DNA of 63,334 bases, counting the filler. It is 8 parts of 8 records of this genome, joined end to end, with 100 filler letters (N's around TTAATTAATTAA, not from the genome) between each part and the next. Parts side by side here need not be neighbours in the genome. Positions count along the whole stretch, not along the records: positions 19,427 to 32,127 come from DRR723986_29772; positions 32,228 to 38,686 come from DRR723986_29777; 6 more parts are not named here. The stretch is one strand, 5' to 3'. The stretch's first letter is position 1. The number at the start of each line of letters is the position of its first letter. Positions 22,004 to 32,631 of the stretch are shown here, piece after piece. A program made the position numbers and the translations under genes. Under the pieces are notes generated by a model, which saw only the letters and a program-made list of their open reading frames with translations, ran no database searches and was not told where the DNA came from.

Positions 22004-22429
22004 ATGGAAACCACCAATATCCCCACCCCCACACGCATTGTGGTACATCAAAAATCCAAGGTGCTCGAGATTGAATTCGACACTGGCGCCTGTTTTAACC
22101 TGCCATTCGAGCTCTTGCGCGTGTACTCACCGTCCGCTGAAGTCCGTGGCCACGGCCCCGGACAGGAAACCCTGCAGGTGGGTAAAAAAGAAGTGACGAT
22201 CAATAACCTGGAGCCGGTGGGCATGTATGCCATCAAACCCTTTTTCTCGGATGGTCATGATTCAGGCTTGTTTAGCTGGCAATACTTGTTGTGGATGGGC
22301 GAGAACCAGGAAGGTTTGTGGGAAGACTACCTGGAACGCATGAAGGCTGCCGGCGCTAGCCGCGAACCCAATGCGCCTGAAAACATCCCATTTGAACAAA
22401 AGAAGGGCGGCGCCTGCGCAAGCCATTAA
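22004..22429 (+). CDS. DUF971 / gamma-butyrobetaine hydroxylase N-terminal-like protein
   Basis: ELLRVYSPSAEVRGHG, FSDGHDSG; usual neighbour of ubiE. Confidence 0.88.
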   Translation: METTNIPTPTRIVVHQKSKVLEIEFDTGACFNLPFELLRVYSPSAEVRGHGPGQETLQVGKKEVTINNLEPVGMYAIKPFFSDGHDSGLFSWQYLLWMGENQEGLWEDYLERMKAAGASREPNAPENIPFEQKKGGACASH

Positions 22430-22447
22430 TCAACGCCACACATCAAT

Positions 22448-23188
22448 ATGAACGAAAAAATCACCGATTTCGGCTTCGAAAAGGTTCCGGAAGACCAGAA
22501 AGCCAAGAAAGTAGCCGAGGTATTTGACTCCGTGGCGGCCAAGTACGACATCATGAACGACCTCATGTCGGGGGGTATGCATCGCTTGTGGAAGGCCAGC
22601 ACCGTGCGTGCAGCAGGTGTTCGCCCCGGTATGAAAGTGCTTGATATTGCGGGCGGTACCGGTGATCTCACCAAGGCTTTTCTGGACAAAGTGGGCCCAA
22701 GCGGCGAAGTATGGCTGACCGACATCAATGAAAGCATGTTGCGTGTGGGTCGCAATCGCATGATTGATCACGGATATTTGCCGAAAATGGCCCTTTGCGA
22801 CGCTGAAAAGCTCCCATTTCCCGACAATTACTTTGATGTGGTTACCGTGGCGTTTGGTTTGCGCAACATGACCCACAAAGAGGTGGCCCTGAGCGAAATG
22901 CGTCGCGTGATCAAGCCGGGTGGGAAGGTCTTGGTCCTTGAATTTTCGAAGGTGAATCCCCTGCTGGCCCCGGCTTATGATTTGTATTCTTTCCAGGTAT
23001 TGCCCAAAATTGGTCAGGTTGTGGCGCAAGACAGTGCCAGTTACCAGTACCTGGCGGAGAGCATTCGCATGCACCCGGATCAGGAAACCCTGAAAAGCAT
23101 CATGCTGGAAAGTGGGTTCGATCAGGTGAAGTACACCAACTTTACGGCGGGTGTCGTCGCGTTGCATCAAGGAACCAAATTCGCCTGA
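22448..23188 (+). CDS. ubiE: Ubiquinone/menaquinone C-methyltransferase
   Basis: [44 protein letters not shown]. Confidence 0.96.
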   Translation: MNEKITDFGFEKVPEDQKAKKVAEVFDSVAAKYDIMNDLMSGGMHRLWKASTVRAAGVRPGMKVLDIAGGTGDLTKAFLDKVGPSGEVWLTDINESMLRVGRNRMIDHGYLPKMALCDAEKLPFPDNYFDVVTVAFGLRNMTHKEVALSEMRRVIKPGGKVLVLEFSKVNPLLAPAYDLYSFQVLPKIGQVVAQDSASYQYLAESIRMHPDQETLKSIMLESGFDQVKYTNFTAGVVALHQGTKFA

Positions 23189-23240
23189 GCTTGTCTATTG
23201 AGCTACCTTGCGAAAAATTAATATCTTGGAGGCTTTTGCT

Positions 23241-24254
23241 GTGAAAACCCGTGTTTGGTCCACTAGGTTGTCTGTGTTGGCTGTGGTTGCAGCTTTTTTG
23301 AGTCTGGGCTCCCTGCCCACTGACGCTGAAGCCAAGCGCCTGGGTGGCGGCGGCAGTTTCGGTCGTTCGGCGCCATCACAATTCCAGAAATCACCATCCA
23401 CTGCACCGTCTGGCACCACTTCCACCGCCCCCAGCAAGCAGCAGGCGACCAGTCCCGCAACTGCGGGTACCGCTGGTGCAGCCGCGCCGCGTAACCGCTT
23501 TTTGGGCCCCTTGGGTGGCCTGGCGGCAGGGTTGGGCTTGGCAGCCTTGTTTGGTTACCTGGGTTTCGGCGCAGGTATGGCTGAGTTCCTCGGCACCCTG
23601 CTGATGATTGGTTTGGCGGTTTTTGCGGTGATGTTCCTGGTGCGTATGTTGCGTGGCCAGCAGGCTACAAAGCAGCGTCCAGCCTACAGTGCGCCGGGTG
23701 CAGCAGGTTCACCCAACAACAGTTATCGCGAGGCGCCACAAACACCGCGTTACAGTGCGCCTTCGAATCCAATCAACGATCCTGTCCCTGGCATGGGGGC
23801 ACCACGCAACGATCAAGGTTTCGGCCAGTTTGGCAACGCGTCTGCTTTTGATGCACCGATGCCGGCGGCTACACCTGTGAAAGACCTGCCAGCCGGGTTC
23901 GATGAAGTGAATTTTGTGAACAGTGCCAAGAAATTTTTTGTGACCATGCAAGGCGTTTTTGACAAAGGCGATGTGGCAGGTCTGCGCGAATACTGCAGCG
24001 ACGAGGTGGTCGATCATCTTCAGGCTGAAATCGAAGCCCGTGGCAACGCGGTCAACCGGACCGACGTGGTTACCCTGGATGCCCAGTTGATTGGCTTTGA
24101 AACGGATGTGGACGAGCAAATTGCGACAGTTGCGTTCACCGGTATGTTGCGGGAAGAGCAGGACGCTGCTGCTCAGGAAATCAACGAGCTGTGGATCATG
24201 TCCCGCCCCGTGTCCGGCGGTGGCTGGGTGCTGTCTGGTATTCACAATCTGTAA
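23241..24254 (+). CDS. Tim44 domain-containing membrane protein
   Basis: AKRLGGGGSFGR N-terminus, C-terminal Tim44 domain (WVLSGI); position in ubiE-ubiJ-ubiB cluster; start approximate. Confidence 0.88.
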   Translation: MKTRVWSTRLSVLAVVAAFLSLGSLPTDAEAKRLGGGGSFGRSAPSQFQKSPSTAPSGTTSTAPSKQQATSPATAGTAGAAAPRNRFLGPLGGLAAGLGLAALFGYLGFGAGMAEFLGTLLMIGLAVFAVMFLVRMLRGQQATKQRPAYSAPGAAGSPNNSYREAPQTPRYSAPSNPINDPVPGMGAPRNDQGFGQFGNASAFDAPMPAATPVKDLPAGFDEVNFVNSAKKFFVTMQGVFDKGDVAGLREYCSDEVVDHLQAEIEARGNAVNRTDVVTLDAQLIGFETDVDEQIATVAFTGMLREEQDAAAQEINELWIMSRPVSGGGWVLSGIHNL

Positions 24255-24332
24255 TTTTTGAACTGACCCGCCGGGCTTGGCCTGCCCGGCTGGGTTACAC
24301 TCAAACAAATTTTTATTGTTTGGAAGTGTGTC

Positions 24333-25061
24333 TTGGCCAGTCCCCCCGTCTTGTTCTTTCAATTTGCCTCCAAACTGCTTTCCTCTGGTTCATCCAAAGG
24401 TGCAGCGGGTCAATTGTTCTCAGCGCCCTTGAGTTTGATGTCAAACACGGTGACTCAGATGGTGTGTCTGGTGCTGAACCATTTGCTGGATCAGCAGCGT
24501 AGCAGCAAGACCAAATTGCAAAAAGAGGCGGGAAAAGTGCTGGTGCTTGGCATTTCGCCCATGCAGCTCCGGTTGCGTGTGAGTGACCAGGGATACTTTC
24601 AGGCCAGTTTGCCAATCAACGGTGTGTTGGCACCGGCTGATACCTCCATTTCCATGCAATGGGCTGATTTGATTGGTTCGGTCAGCAATCCAAACAGCAT
24701 GTCGAGAAAAGCCGCCATTGAAGGCGACATGGATTTTGCTCAAACCGTGTCCACTGTCATTAACGACTTGAGCTGGGATCCTGAGCGTGACCTGGCGAGG
24801 GTAGTAGGCGATGCACAGGCCGTTTGGGTCATGAATACCCTGTCTGCTTTGGGCACCAATGCACGTGATGTGGTGCAGCGTTTCAAAAGCAACTTGCGAG
24901 AGTATGTGGTGCATGAAAAAGCCATGGCGCCCACGGCATCCGAGTTTGATGCGTTTCGTGATGAAGTCAATCAACTTCGTGACGAGTTGGCTCGTCTCGA
25001 AAAGCGTTTGGCGAAACTCGACCCTCTCAGGCCTGATCAAACACCGGGTGCACCCAAATGA
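24333..25061 (+). CDS. ubiJ: Ubiquinone biosynthesis accessory factor (SCP2 plus coiled coil)
   Basis: [26 protein letters not shown]-terminal coiled coil; overlaps ubiB start; start uncertain. Confidence 0.8.
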   Translation: MASPPVLFFQFASKLLSSGSSKGAAGQLFSAPLSLMSNTVTQMVCLVLNHLLDQQRSSKTKLQKEAGKVLVLGISPMQLRLRVSDQGYFQASLPINGVLAPADTSISMQWADLIGSVSNPNSMSRKAAIEGDMDFAQTVSTVINDLSWDPERDLARVVGDAQAVWVMNTLSALGTNARDVVQRFKSNLREYVVHEKAMAPTASEFDAFRDEVNQLRDELARLEKRLAKLDPLRPDQTPGAPK

Positions 25062-26653
25062 AGTTTCGCCGTCTGGCACGCATCGCTTTGGTGGCCCGAA
25101 AGTATGGCCTGTTTCTGATTGCAGCCGATTCAATCAATAACGGCTTTGCAAAGTGGTTTCTCACCTTGATTTCTTCCCGCTCTCATGTGCAGGCTCCGCG
25201 TGGCGAACGCATGCGGCGTGCACTGGAAGACTTGGGCCCGTTGTTTGTGAAGTTTGGCCAACTGCTATCAACTCGGCGCGATCTGTTGCCCGAGGACGTG
25301 GCCGACGAGTTGGCCAAATTGCAGGATCAGGTACCTGCGTTTTCCTCCGAGAAAGCCCGTGAATTGATTGAAGCCAGCTTGGGGCGTCAAATTGACGACA
25401 TGTTTCTGGATTTCCAGAATATCCCGGTGGCCAGTGCCTCGATCGCCCAGGTTCACTTTGCTGTGATCAGGGCGGGTGCGCATGAGGGTAAAAAGGTCGC
25501 GGTGAAAGTGCTGCGCCCCGGTATGATCGAGGTGATTGACAAAGACCTGGCCTTGATGAAAACCGCGGCCCGCTGGGTTGAAAAAATTTCATCCGATGGC
25601 AAACGCCTCAAGCCTCGGGAAGTGGTTGCCGAGTTCAACAAATACTTGCACGATGAACTGGATTTAATGCGCGAAGCGGCCAATGCCTCGCAGTTGCGCC
25701 GTAATTTCTCGTCCACCTCGGGTAGCGGGCACCTGCTTCGCGTGCCTGAGATGTATTGGGACTATTGCTGTAGCACCGTGATCACCATGGAGCGAATGCA
25801 CGGCATTCCAATTTCGCAAATCGAGCGGCTGCGCGAGAACAACATTGATTTGAAAAAACTGTCCCGCGAGGGGGTTGAAATTTTCTTCACCCAGGTGTTT
25901 CGCGATGGTTTTTTCCATGCAGACATGCACCCCGGTAACATTTATGTGGGGGATCAACCTGAGGATTTCGGTCGTTACATCGCGCTTGATTTCGGTATTG
26001 TCGGTACGCTCAGCGATGTGGATAAGCAATACCTGGCCCAAAACTTCCTTGCGTTTTTCCGGCAGGACTACAAACGTGTGGCCGAGTTACACGTGCAATC
26101 CGGTTGGGTGCCCAAGGGCACCCGAATCGACGAACTTGAGTCGGCGATTCGAGCCTGTATTGAACCTTTCTTCGGCAAACCCCTGAAAGAAATCTCCTTG
26201 GGGCAGGCCTTGATGCGTCTGTTTCAAACCTCGCGTCGTTTTAATGTCGAAATTCAGCCTCAATTGGTGTTGTTGCAAAAGACCCTGCTGAATGTGGAAG
26301 GGCTTGGTCGCCAGCTTGATCCTGATCTGGATCTTTGGAAGACCGCAAAGCCGTACCTCGAGAACTGGATGCACCAGCAAATCGGTTTGAAAGGTTTTCA
26401 GTCCAGCCTGCAATGGGAAGCTGCGCAGTGGTCACAAATTCTGCCTGCCTTGCCGCGTTTGTTGCACCAAACCCTGACGCATTCGAATGGGCGGGTTGAC
26501 GATCAAATCGAACAATTGGTGAAGCAGCAAAAGCGTTTGAACCGGGCATTGTTCTGGATGGTATTGATGTTGGCTGTGCTTTTCGGAGTGGTCGCGCTCG
26601 ATTTGCTTTGGCCATTTTTAATCGGCTATTCCGGTCCAAAAGGTCTGTTCTAG
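25058..26653 (+). CDS. ubiB: Ubiquinone biosynthesis protein kinase-like UbiB
   Basis: [38 protein letters not shown]. Confidence 0.96.
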   Translation: MKFRRLARIALVARKYGLFLIAADSINNGFAKWFLTLISSRSHVQAPRGERMRRALEDLGPLFVKFGQLLSTRRDLLPEDVADELAKLQDQVPAFSSEKARELIEASLGRQIDDMFLDFQNIPVASASIAQVHFAVIRAGAHEGKKVAVKVLRPGMIEVIDKDLALMKTAARWVEKISSDGKRLKPREVVAEFNKYLHDELDLMREAANASQLRRNFSSTSGSGHLLRVPEMYWDYCCSTVITMERMHGIPISQIERLRENNIDLKKLSREGVEIFFTQVFRDGFFHADMHPGNIYVGDQPEDFGRYIALDFGIVGTLSDVDKQYLAQNFLAFFRQDYKRVAELHVQSGWVPKGTRIDELESAIRACIEPFFGKPLKEISLGQALMRLFQTSRRFNVEIQPQLVLLQKTLLNVEGLGRQLDPDLDLWKTAKPYLENWMHQQIGLKGFQSSLQWEAAQWSQILPALPRLLHQTLTHSNGRVDDQIEQLVKQQKRLNRALFWMVLMLAVLFGVVALDLLWPFLIGYSGPKGLF

Positions 26654-26714
26654 CAGTGCGCATGTTTCTTGCCTATAATCCGAAATCATTTTTTATTTCT
26701 GGTGGGTTTTCAAG

Positions 26715-28160
26715 ATGTTGCTTGCCTCCGTAGTAGCGTATTTGCTGGTTTCTGTACTCATTGGCCTTTATGTGGCCCGAAATGTAAGTAGCGCGGCAGA
26801 TTATGCCGTGGCTGGCCGACATCTTTCCCTGCCGATTGTAACCGCCACGGTGTTTGCCACCTGGTTTGGCTCGGAAACCGTGCTGGGCATTTCCTCGACG
26901 TTTGTGGAAGAGGGCCTGGGTGGCATCGTGGCGGACCCGTTTGGTGCATCCATGTGCCTGATTCTGGCAGGTCTGTTCATTGCCCCCAAAATTTATCGCT
27001 TGAATTTGCTCACCTTGGGCGACTATTACCGTGTGCGATACAACCGAGCAGTCGAGATTTTCTGCAGTGCGTGCATCGTGGTGTCCTATCTGGGTTGGGT
27101 TGCAGCGCAAATCAGTGCACTGGGTTTGATCTTCAACGTGCTCACCGATGGTGCGGTTTCCCAAGAATGGGGCATGGTGATTGGCGCCAGTGTGGTGCTG
27201 ATCTACACGCTCTTCGGTGGCATGTTGTCAGTGGCGATCCTCGACTTCATCCAGATGGTGGTCATTGCGGCTGGCTTGGTTTACATCATGTGGATCGTCG
27301 CCGATTTGGCCGGTGGTGTGGGTACCGTGGTTGATCATGCCGAGGCCGCGGGCAAATTGCAGTTCTTCCCCGAAGAGTTCAGTTATGTGCTGTGGGTGCC
27401 GTTCGTCGGCGCATTCCTGACCATGGCTTTTGGCTCCATTCCCCAGCAGGATATTTTCCAGCGCATCAGCTCCGCCAAAGACGAGAAAACTGCGGTGCGG
27501 GGTGCTGTACTGGGTGGCTCCATGTACTTCTTCTTCGCATTTATTCCGGTGTTTTTGGCCTACGGTGCGATCATGATCGACCCCGCCACATTTGAAGCCA
27601 TGGTGTCCGAGGATTCCCAAATGGTGTTGCCCAACCTGGTGTTGATGCACACGCCTGTCTTTGCTCAAATCGTATTTTTCGGTGCTCTGATCTCTGCGAT
27701 CATGAGTACGTCCAGCGCGACTTTGCTGGCACCCTCCGTGTCGTTCGCAGAAAATATTGTCAAGAACATCTATCCCAAAATGGATGACAAAGCGCTGTTG
27801 CTGACCATGCGTATTTCGGTTTTCGTGTTCACCATCATCGTCGTGGCGTTCGCCATTAACAGTGAATCCTCAATTTTCGAGATGGTGGAAAGCGCCTATG
27901 AAATTACCCTGGCTGCTGCATTTGTGCCATTGGTGTTTGGTCTGTACTGGTCAAAGGCTACCTCGCAGGGTGCAGTGGCATCGATTGTGGTGGGTGTGAG
28001 CAGTTGGTTGATCGCCAAAAACTTCTTCCCCAGTGAAATTTGGCCGCCCCAGCTGTTGGGCATGGTGTTGGGTTTGTTCACGATGATCATTGCTTCACTG
28101 TTGCCACAATGGATCGAACACAGGCCAGCGCTGCGTGACGGTGTTGTGCACCCACATTAA
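26715..28160 (+). CDS. Sodium:solute symporter family protein
   Basis: DY.VAGR, ATWFGSE, YT..GGM..V, SAIMST; many TM helices. Confidence 0.9.
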   Translation: MLLASVVAYLLVSVLIGLYVARNVSSAADYAVAGRHLSLPIVTATVFATWFGSETVLGISSTFVEEGLGGIVADPFGASMCLILAGLFIAPKIYRLNLLTLGDYYRVRYNRAVEIFCSACIVVSYLGWVAAQISALGLIFNVLTDGAVSQEWGMVIGASVVLIYTLFGGMLSVAILDFIQMVVIAAGLVYIMWIVADLAGGVGTVVDHAEAAGKLQFFPEEFSYVLWVPFVGAFLTMAFGSIPQQDIFQRISSAKDEKTAVRGAVLGGSMYFFFAFIPVFLAYGAIMIDPATFEAMVSEDSQMVLPNLVLMHTPVFAQIVFFGALISAIMSTSSATLLAPSVSFAENIVKNIYPKMDDKALLLTMRISVFVFTIIVVAFAINSESSIFEMVESAYEITLAAAFVPLVFGLYWSKATSQGAVASIVVGVSSWLIAKNFFPSEIWPPQLLGMVLGLFTMIIASLLPQWIEHRPALRDGVVHPH

Positions 28161-28201
28161 GCTAAAATAGCCGGATTACCTTTGTTGAAAGTGATCCGGC
28201 T

Positions 28202-29104
28202 GTGAAATACCTCACCATTGAAGACACCATTGGCAACACCCCTCTGGTGCAGTTGCAACGCTTGCCTGGCAAGGCCAACGCCGATCGTGGCAACGTGATT
28301 CTCGGTAAATTAGAGGGCAATAACCCGGCTGGTTCTGTCAAGGATCGCCCCGCGATCTCCATGATCAAGCGTGCTGAAGCGCGCGGAACCATCAAACCGG
28401 GCGATACGCTGATTGAGGCCACTTCGGGCAACACTGGCATTGCCTTGGCCATGGCGGCCGCCATTCGCGGTTACCGCATGGTGCTGATCATGCCTGAGCA
28501 CCTGAGCATTGAACGTCGGCAAACCATGCGTGCCTTTGGCGCCGAAATCATTTTGACCCCGCAGAAAGGGGGCATGGAGTACGCACGAGACCTGGCCGAG
28601 CAAATGCGTGATCAGGGCAAGGGCGTGATTCTTGACCAGTTCGCCAACGAAGACAATCCGCTGGCCCACTTTGAAACCACTGGCCCTGAAATTTGGCGTG
28701 ATACTGCAGGAAAAGTCACTCACTTCGTGAGCGCCATGGGCACTACAGGCTCGATCATGGGCGTGTCCCGTTACCTGAAAGGCCAAAATCCGAACGTACA
28801 AATTATTGGTGCCGAGCCCAGCGAGGGTTCGCAAATTCCGGGCATTCGCAAATGGCCGCAAGAATACCTGCCCAAAATTTACAAACCTGCCGGTGTAGAC
28901 CGTGTGGTTCAAGTCACCCAGCTTGAAGCTGAGGAAATGGCACGAAAAATGGCAGCCGAAGAAGGTATCTTCTGTGGCATTTCAGCGGCTGGTGCGGCGC
29001 ATATTGCCCTGAAAATTGCGGAAGAAGTTGAAAACGCAACCATTGTTTTTATCGTATGCGACCGTGGTGATCGTTACCTGTCCACAGGGGTGTTTCCTGC
29101 CTGA
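28202..29104 (+). CDS. cysM: Cysteine synthase B
   Basis: KLEGNNPAGSVKDR, EATSGNTG, CDRGDRYLSTGVF. Confidence 0.95.
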   Translation: MKYLTIEDTIGNTPLVQLQRLPGKANADRGNVILGKLEGNNPAGSVKDRPAISMIKRAEARGTIKPGDTLIEATSGNTGIALAMAAAIRGYRMVLIMPEHLSIERRQTMRAFGAEIILTPQKGGMEYARDLAEQMRDQGKGVILDQFANEDNPLAHFETTGPEIWRDTAGKVTHFVSAMGTTGSIMGVSRYLKGQNPNVQIIGAEPSEGSQIPGIRKWPQEYLPKIYKPAGVDRVVQVTQLEAEEMARKMAAEEGIFCGISAAGAAHIALKIAEEVENATIVFIVCDRGDRYLSTGVFPA

Positions 29105-29112
29105 CAAAGCAC

Positions 29113-30168
29113 TCAATTCAGCATGTCCCTTCTCAGTTTCAATGCCTCGCTGAGTTCAAGCACGGCGTTGGCATAGAAAGAACTGCGGTTGTAACGGGTC
29201 ACCACGTAGAAGTTTTGCCCGCCTGCCACGAATGCAGGCTCGGCTTCACCTCGCACCAGCTCAATCAGTGCCAGTTTTTCCTCGGGCAATGTTTCACCAT
29301 TTAATTTCACGCCTTTTTGTTGCATCACCGCTGGCGTAAAGGTGGGCACAATGTCCGGTGCCAGCAGTTCTTGCAAATTGTCGGCATGTTCAATATCCAC
29401 CAGTACCCGGGTGGCTTTCCCGCTTTCCCAACCATGCACTTTCAGAAAATTGGCCACGCTGAAAATTGCATCGCGGCGGCTGTGAAACAAGTCGACCACG
29501 CCGTCGGCGTCACCGTCCACTGCGAAAGCGGTCCATGAACTTGGCATGAACTGACCCAAGCCAATTGCGCCAGCATACGAACCTTTGACCTCAAGCGCGT
29601 CCAGGTGGGTTTTGTTGCACAGGGCGATGAATGCCTCGAGTTCGCTTAAAAAAAACTCCGAGCGGTCACGTTGACCCTCGGGGTAGGCAAAAGCCAGTGT
29701 CGCCAGGGAGTCAAGCACCCGGTAATTGCCGATGTGTTGTCCGTAAATGGTTTCCACGCCAATAATGGCCACGATGACTTCTTGCGGAATACCGTATTTG
29801 GCCTCGGCTTCTTTCAGGGTGCCCAGGTTGGCATCCCAAAATTCCACACCTTTGCGAATGCGGTAGGGTTCTACAAAACGGCTTCGGTAAGTATCCCAGT
29901 TACGAACACTCTTGGTTTTGGGTGGTTTTACTGCCTTGACCACTTGTGGTAACAGCTCAGCCTGTTTCAACAGTTCCAGCGTCGTTGTTGCAGGTATTCC
30001 TTCTTTGGCTTGCAGGCGCTCTGCCAAGGCCGCGGCATTTTTGTGCTCGGCGAAGTTGACCTTCTGGGCATCTTGGGCTTGCACGGCTTGAGTGCACAGG
30101 GCTGTGCTGATTAGAATGGAGGCAAAGCTTGTTAAGATTCGTTGAGCAGTCACAAAAGGAGTCAGCAT
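29113..30168 (-). CDS. mltB: Lytic murein transglycosylase B
   Basis: IIGVETIYG, GSYAGAIGLGQFMPSS, TRYNRS; start uncertain. Confidence 0.9.
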   Translation of the reverse strand: MLTPFVTAQRILTSFASILISTALCTQAVQAQDAQKVNFAEHKNAAALAERLQAKEGIPATTTLELLKQAELLPQVVKAVKPPKTKSVRNWDTYRSRFVEPYRIRKGVEFWDANLGTLKEAEAKYGIPQEVIVAIIGVETIYGQHIGNYRVLDSLATLAFAYPEGQRDRSEFFLSELEAFIALCNKTHLDALEVKGSYAGAIGLGQFMPSSWTAFAVDGDADGVVDLFHSRRDAIFSVANFLKVHGWESGKATRVLVDIEHADNLQELLAPDIVPTFTPAVMQQKGVKLNGETLPEEKLALIELVRGEAEPAFVAGGQNFYVVTRYNRSSFYANAVLELSEALKLRRDMLN

Positions 30169-30283
30169 GTCCGGTAGAGGCGAAGTCAAAAGAAGTAACG
30201 GTCGACCCGGCGCATGTTTGCTTGTCGTGGCAGGTCTGTCCTTCACTATAACCCAGCATTTACTTGCTGTTCAGGCCTAAGCC

Positions 30284-31204
30284 ATGACCACAGCCTATAT
30301 TTCCCACAATGATTGCGCCTTGCACAACCCGGGTCTGGGTCATCCCGAGAGCATGGCTCGTTTGCGGGTAATTCGAGAAAGGTTGCAAGCATCGGATTTG
30401 TGGCCACGCCTGGTGCATTGCGAGGCGCCCGAGGTGCCTTGGTCGGCTGTGACAGCAGTGCATACTCCCGCCTATGTAGAAAGCATCAAGGCCCGCTTCC
30501 CCTTGAAGCGCAACATCGACATTGATGGCGACACCACGCTGTCAGAATTCTCGCTGGATGCGGCACGTCGCGCTGCCGGGGCCTGCGTGCACGCGGTCGA
30601 TTTGGTGATGGCCCATGCTGTGAACAATGCCTTTTGCGCAGTTCGCCCGCCCGGTCACCATGCTTGTGTGGATCGCGCCATGGGCTTTTGCGTATTCAAC
30701 AACGTGGCCATTGCCGCGCAGCATGCGATTGATGCCTATCGGCTTGAGCGGGTATTGATCGTGGACTTTGATGTACACCACGGCAACGGCACCGAGCATG
30801 CATTTGCCAACAACCCCAAGGTGCTGATGTGCAGTACTTTTCAATCTCCTTTGTATCCTTTCAGCGGTGGACTTGGTGTGGCCAGCAACATGATTAACTG
30901 TCCAGTTCAACCCGGCGGTGGTCGCGAGGAAATCAAACACGCCATTCAAACCCACTGGGTGGATGCAATTGATCGCTTCAAGCCACAGTTGGTGTTGGTT
31001 TCAGCTGGGTTTGACGCCCATGAGAGCGACCCGTTGGCTGACATGACTTTGAGCACTGAGGACTATGGCTGGATCACGCAGTTCTTGAAACGAGTGGCTG
31101 AAGAATATTGCGATGGCAAACTGGTCAGTACGCTGGAAGGGGGTTACGAACTGGAGGCTTTGGCCGATTCTGTCTATGCCCATGTGGAGGCGCTTGCATC
31201 GTGA
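30284..31204 (+). CDS. Histone deacetylase family (Zn-dependent amidohydrolase)
   Basis: HPE, RPPGHHA, DFDVHHGNGT, SAGFDAH, LEGGY. Confidence 0.93.
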   Translation: MTTAYISHNDCALHNPGLGHPESMARLRVIRERLQASDLWPRLVHCEAPEVPWSAVTAVHTPAYVESIKARFPLKRNIDIDGDTTLSEFSLDAARRAAGACVHAVDLVMAHAVNNAFCAVRPPGHHACVDRAMGFCVFNNVAIAAQHAIDAYRLERVLIVDFDVHHGNGTEHAFANNPKVLMCSTFQSPLYPFSGGLGVASNMINCPVQPGGGREEIKHAIQTHWVDAIDRFKPQLVLVSAGFDAHESDPLADMTLSTEDYGWITQFLKRVAEEYCDGKLVSTLEGGYELEALADSVYAHVEALAS

Positions 31205-31890
31205 TTTTTTCAACCCCCGCGCCGTATTCCGAAAATCGATTGAGTGAAATGTTGGCGCGCAACGCCGAGTGGGCGGGGCAAATCACTGCGCAAGACCCAG
31301 AGTATTTCAAGCGACTTTCCGCGGGGCAAAGCCCAGCCTTTACCGTGATCAGCTGTTGCGATAGCCGGGCAGACCCCAATACTTTGCTGCAAAGCAATCT
31401 GGGTGAATTGTTTGTGTACAAGAACGTGGCCAATCAGGCGGGTTTGAATGATTTGAGTTTGCAAACTGCCATTCAATTCTCCATCGAGAGCTTGAAGGTC
31501 AAGCACCTGCTGGTGTTCGGGCATCACAATTGTGGTGGCGTTCGTATTGCTCTGGGTTTGCATGCTGGCGGTGCGCCCGGCGATTGGCTGGAGGGTGTCA
31601 GGGAGTTGGCGCATGACCACCTGATGTTCAACCCCTCGTCGCTTGAGGAGGCCAACCGAAATGTGGACAAATTGTGCGAGCTGAATGTAATTCAGCAAGT
31701 GCGGTTGGCTGCGTTGAGCCCCTCAGTGAATGCCGCGTGGGGCCGGGGCGAGCCGGTGGCCGTGGGTGGTCTGGTGTACAGCCTCTCAACGGGGCGGGTC
31801 ATTGATCTGGATTGCACCATTCGAAGTCGGGATGAAATCGACGAATGCTGTTTTTCAGCCATGAAAGCGATCTGCGCACGCTACCAATAA
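31201..31890 (+). CDS. Beta-class carbonic anhydrase
   Basis: CCDSR and HHNCGG zinc motifs; GTG start overlapping the upstream TGA. Confidence 0.88.
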   Translation: MIFSTPAPYSENRLSEMLARNAEWAGQITAQDPEYFKRLSAGQSPAFTVISCCDSRADPNTLLQSNLGELFVYKNVANQAGLNDLSLQTAIQFSIESLKVKHLLVFGHHNCGGVRIALGLHAGGAPGDWLEGVRELAHDHLMFNPSSLEEANRNVDKLCELNVIQQVRLAALSPSVNAAWGRGEPVAVGGLVYSLSTGRVIDLDCTIRSRDEIDECCFSAMKAICARYQ

Positions 31891-31929
31891 TCTCGACAAA
31901 CCCCCCCTTAGAGTGTAGACTCTATGAAA

Positions 31930-31949
31930 AATCGAACGATCGTGCGTTT
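31930..31949 (+). promoter_or_regulatory. Putative FadP/PsrA-type (TetR family) operator upstream of etfB
   Basis: AATCGAACGATCGTGCGTTT palindromic core, recalled as similar to Burkholderiales fatty-acid regulon boxes. Confidence 0.55.
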
Positions 31950-32013
31950 TTTCTGAAAACGCTTCGTATAATCCAAATTACATATTCTCCAATTTCAAAA
32001 AGGGATGGCTTGC

Positions 32014-32127
32014 ATGAAGATCCTGGTACCCGTTAAACGTGTGGTCGATTACAACGTAAAAGTGCGCTGCAAAAGCGACGGCTCTGGCGTAGATATTGCC
32101 AACGTGAAGATGTCGATGAACCCCTTC
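32014..32127 (+). CDS. etfB: Electron transfer flavoprotein beta subunit, 3' truncated
   Basis: Read by hand: [38 protein letters not shown]. Confidence 0.92.
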
Positions 32128-32227
32128 NNNNNNNNNNNNNNNNNNNNNNNNNNNNNNNNNNNNNNNNNNNNTTAATTAATTAANNNNNNNNNNNNNNNNN
32201 NNNNNNNNNNNNNNNNNNNNNNNNNNN

Positions 32228-32252
32228 GCTGTTAGCCCTAAGGGCTAACAGC
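32228..32252. repeat. Perfect 12-bp inverted repeat (REP-like) at contig start
   Basis: GCTGTTAGCCCT-A-AGGGCTAACAGC. Confidence 0.6.
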
Positions 32253-32631
32253 TTGTAAGACAAAACACCTAACCCCTTAAGCCTTGTAGGACAGCCTTAC
32301 AGTCCAAAAACTCCCAGATCTGATAGAGGCTGGGTTCTTGCGGAAATCTTCTGTAGGACAAAATTCACGGTAAACCACACTATCTTCTAAGAGGCTGTGA
32401 ACTCACCGCATAAAGGACTATCAACTTTACGGGCCCAAAGTTTAGCAGTAGGCACTGTGAAAAGTAAAGCCATGAGGCTGAAGTGCTCAATGTCAGCCTC
32501 ACCTGCTTCAGTCTTGCGGCTCAATGCACAACATAACTGCCAGGAAAGCCTGAGACCGCAGCTCCGCCAGGGCTCAAAGCGCTCAAGCCAGGCCAACATC
32601 TAAGATTGCTTCCAGTCGATTAAACAAGGAG

